Positions 63,380 through 64,000 of a stretch of DNA of 64,000 nt are shown here, piece by piece. Source of the DNA: Utricularia gibba (taxonomy: Eukaryota > Plantae > Magnoliophyta); the NCBI GenBank assembly GCA_002189035.1, contig NEEC01000008.1, positions 496,001-560,000 of the forward strand, written 5' to 3'. Under the pieces are notes generated by a model that ran no database searches, had not been told where the DNA came from, and worked only from the letters and a program-made list of their open reading frames with translations. Each line of letters opens with the position of its first letter. The first letter of the stretch is position 1. Position numbers and translations under genes: made by a program.

Positions 63380-64000
63380 ACATAAATTGGTTCTGGCAAA
63401 TGGATGTTAAATCGATCTTCTGTAATGGGATATTGAAATAAGAAGTGTTTGTGGAACAACCATTAGTATATATCAAAAAGGGAAATGAAAATAAAGTTTT
63501 GAAGTTACACAAATCCCTCAACGGGCTGAAGCAAGCACCACATGCTTGGAATCGGCGAATTGATGCATATCTCAAAGGCATGGAATTTATTCAGTGTCCA
63601 CATGAACACTTATTATACATTCGACAGAAGAACTCACAGAAATGATGATCGTGTGCATCTATGTTGATGATTTATTGGTCAATGGAGGTAGTGAGTCTGA
63701 GATAGCAGAGTTCAAGAAGAGTATGATTGAAGAATTCAAGAAGATTGATGCTGGAAAAATGCATTTTTATTTGGGTATTGAAGTGAACAGTCCATGGAAT
63801 TTTCATCACTCAAGAGTGTATGATGAAGAATTTGTGGGAAAAGTATAGTTTGAGTGACTGTAATTCGATTGAGACCTCTTTAGAATTTAATTTGAAGTTG
63901 AGTTCCAGAGAGAACCATCTCAAAGTGGCCAAGCGGATGCTTTGTTATCTCAAAGGAACGTCCAATTTTGGGATCTGGTATGAGGTTTCTGAACCTTTTG
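63380..64000 (+). mobile_element. Ty1/copia reverse transcriptase remnant, running off the window
   Basis: VEQP...KVLKLHKSLNGLKQAPHAW; IVCIYVDDLLV; MHFYLGIEV; HLKVAKRMLCYLKGT. Confidence 0.88.

Overview
Plant (probably eudicot) nuclear DNA with three zones. (1) 1-10.3 kb is a graveyard of degraded Athila-like Ty3/gypsy remnants, ending in a clean 1.19-kb solo LTR with a GTTAC target-site duplication. (2) 10.6-44.4 kb is a compact gene island with short introns. It carries 11 recognisable genes: DnaJ-type zinc finger, RanBP2 zinc finger, a small membrane protein, RAV-type AP2/B3, an SPL13-like gene with a miR156 site, WRKY75-like, LAZY1, a GYF-domain protein, PBS1-like kinase, NAC083-like and CFL1. 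It also holds LRR relics and a Tourist-like MITE. (3) 44.9-64 kb is a second transposon graveyard: two MULE transposase pseudogenes, a plant mobile domain (PMD) relic, an FCP1/NIF-like phosphatase relic, Athila LTR/PBS/gag and Copia RT. No rRNA, tRNA or CRISPR feature was seen. I found no clearly new biological system. The most interesting items are a possible MULE cargo module (transposase + PMD + HAD phosphatase), an apparent in-frame intron remnant in the SPL gene, and a divergent PBS1 recognition loop. Three neighbouring genes also each lack one base in a homopolymer run, most likely from assembly error. All calls are by-eye translation and motif recognition; no searches were run.
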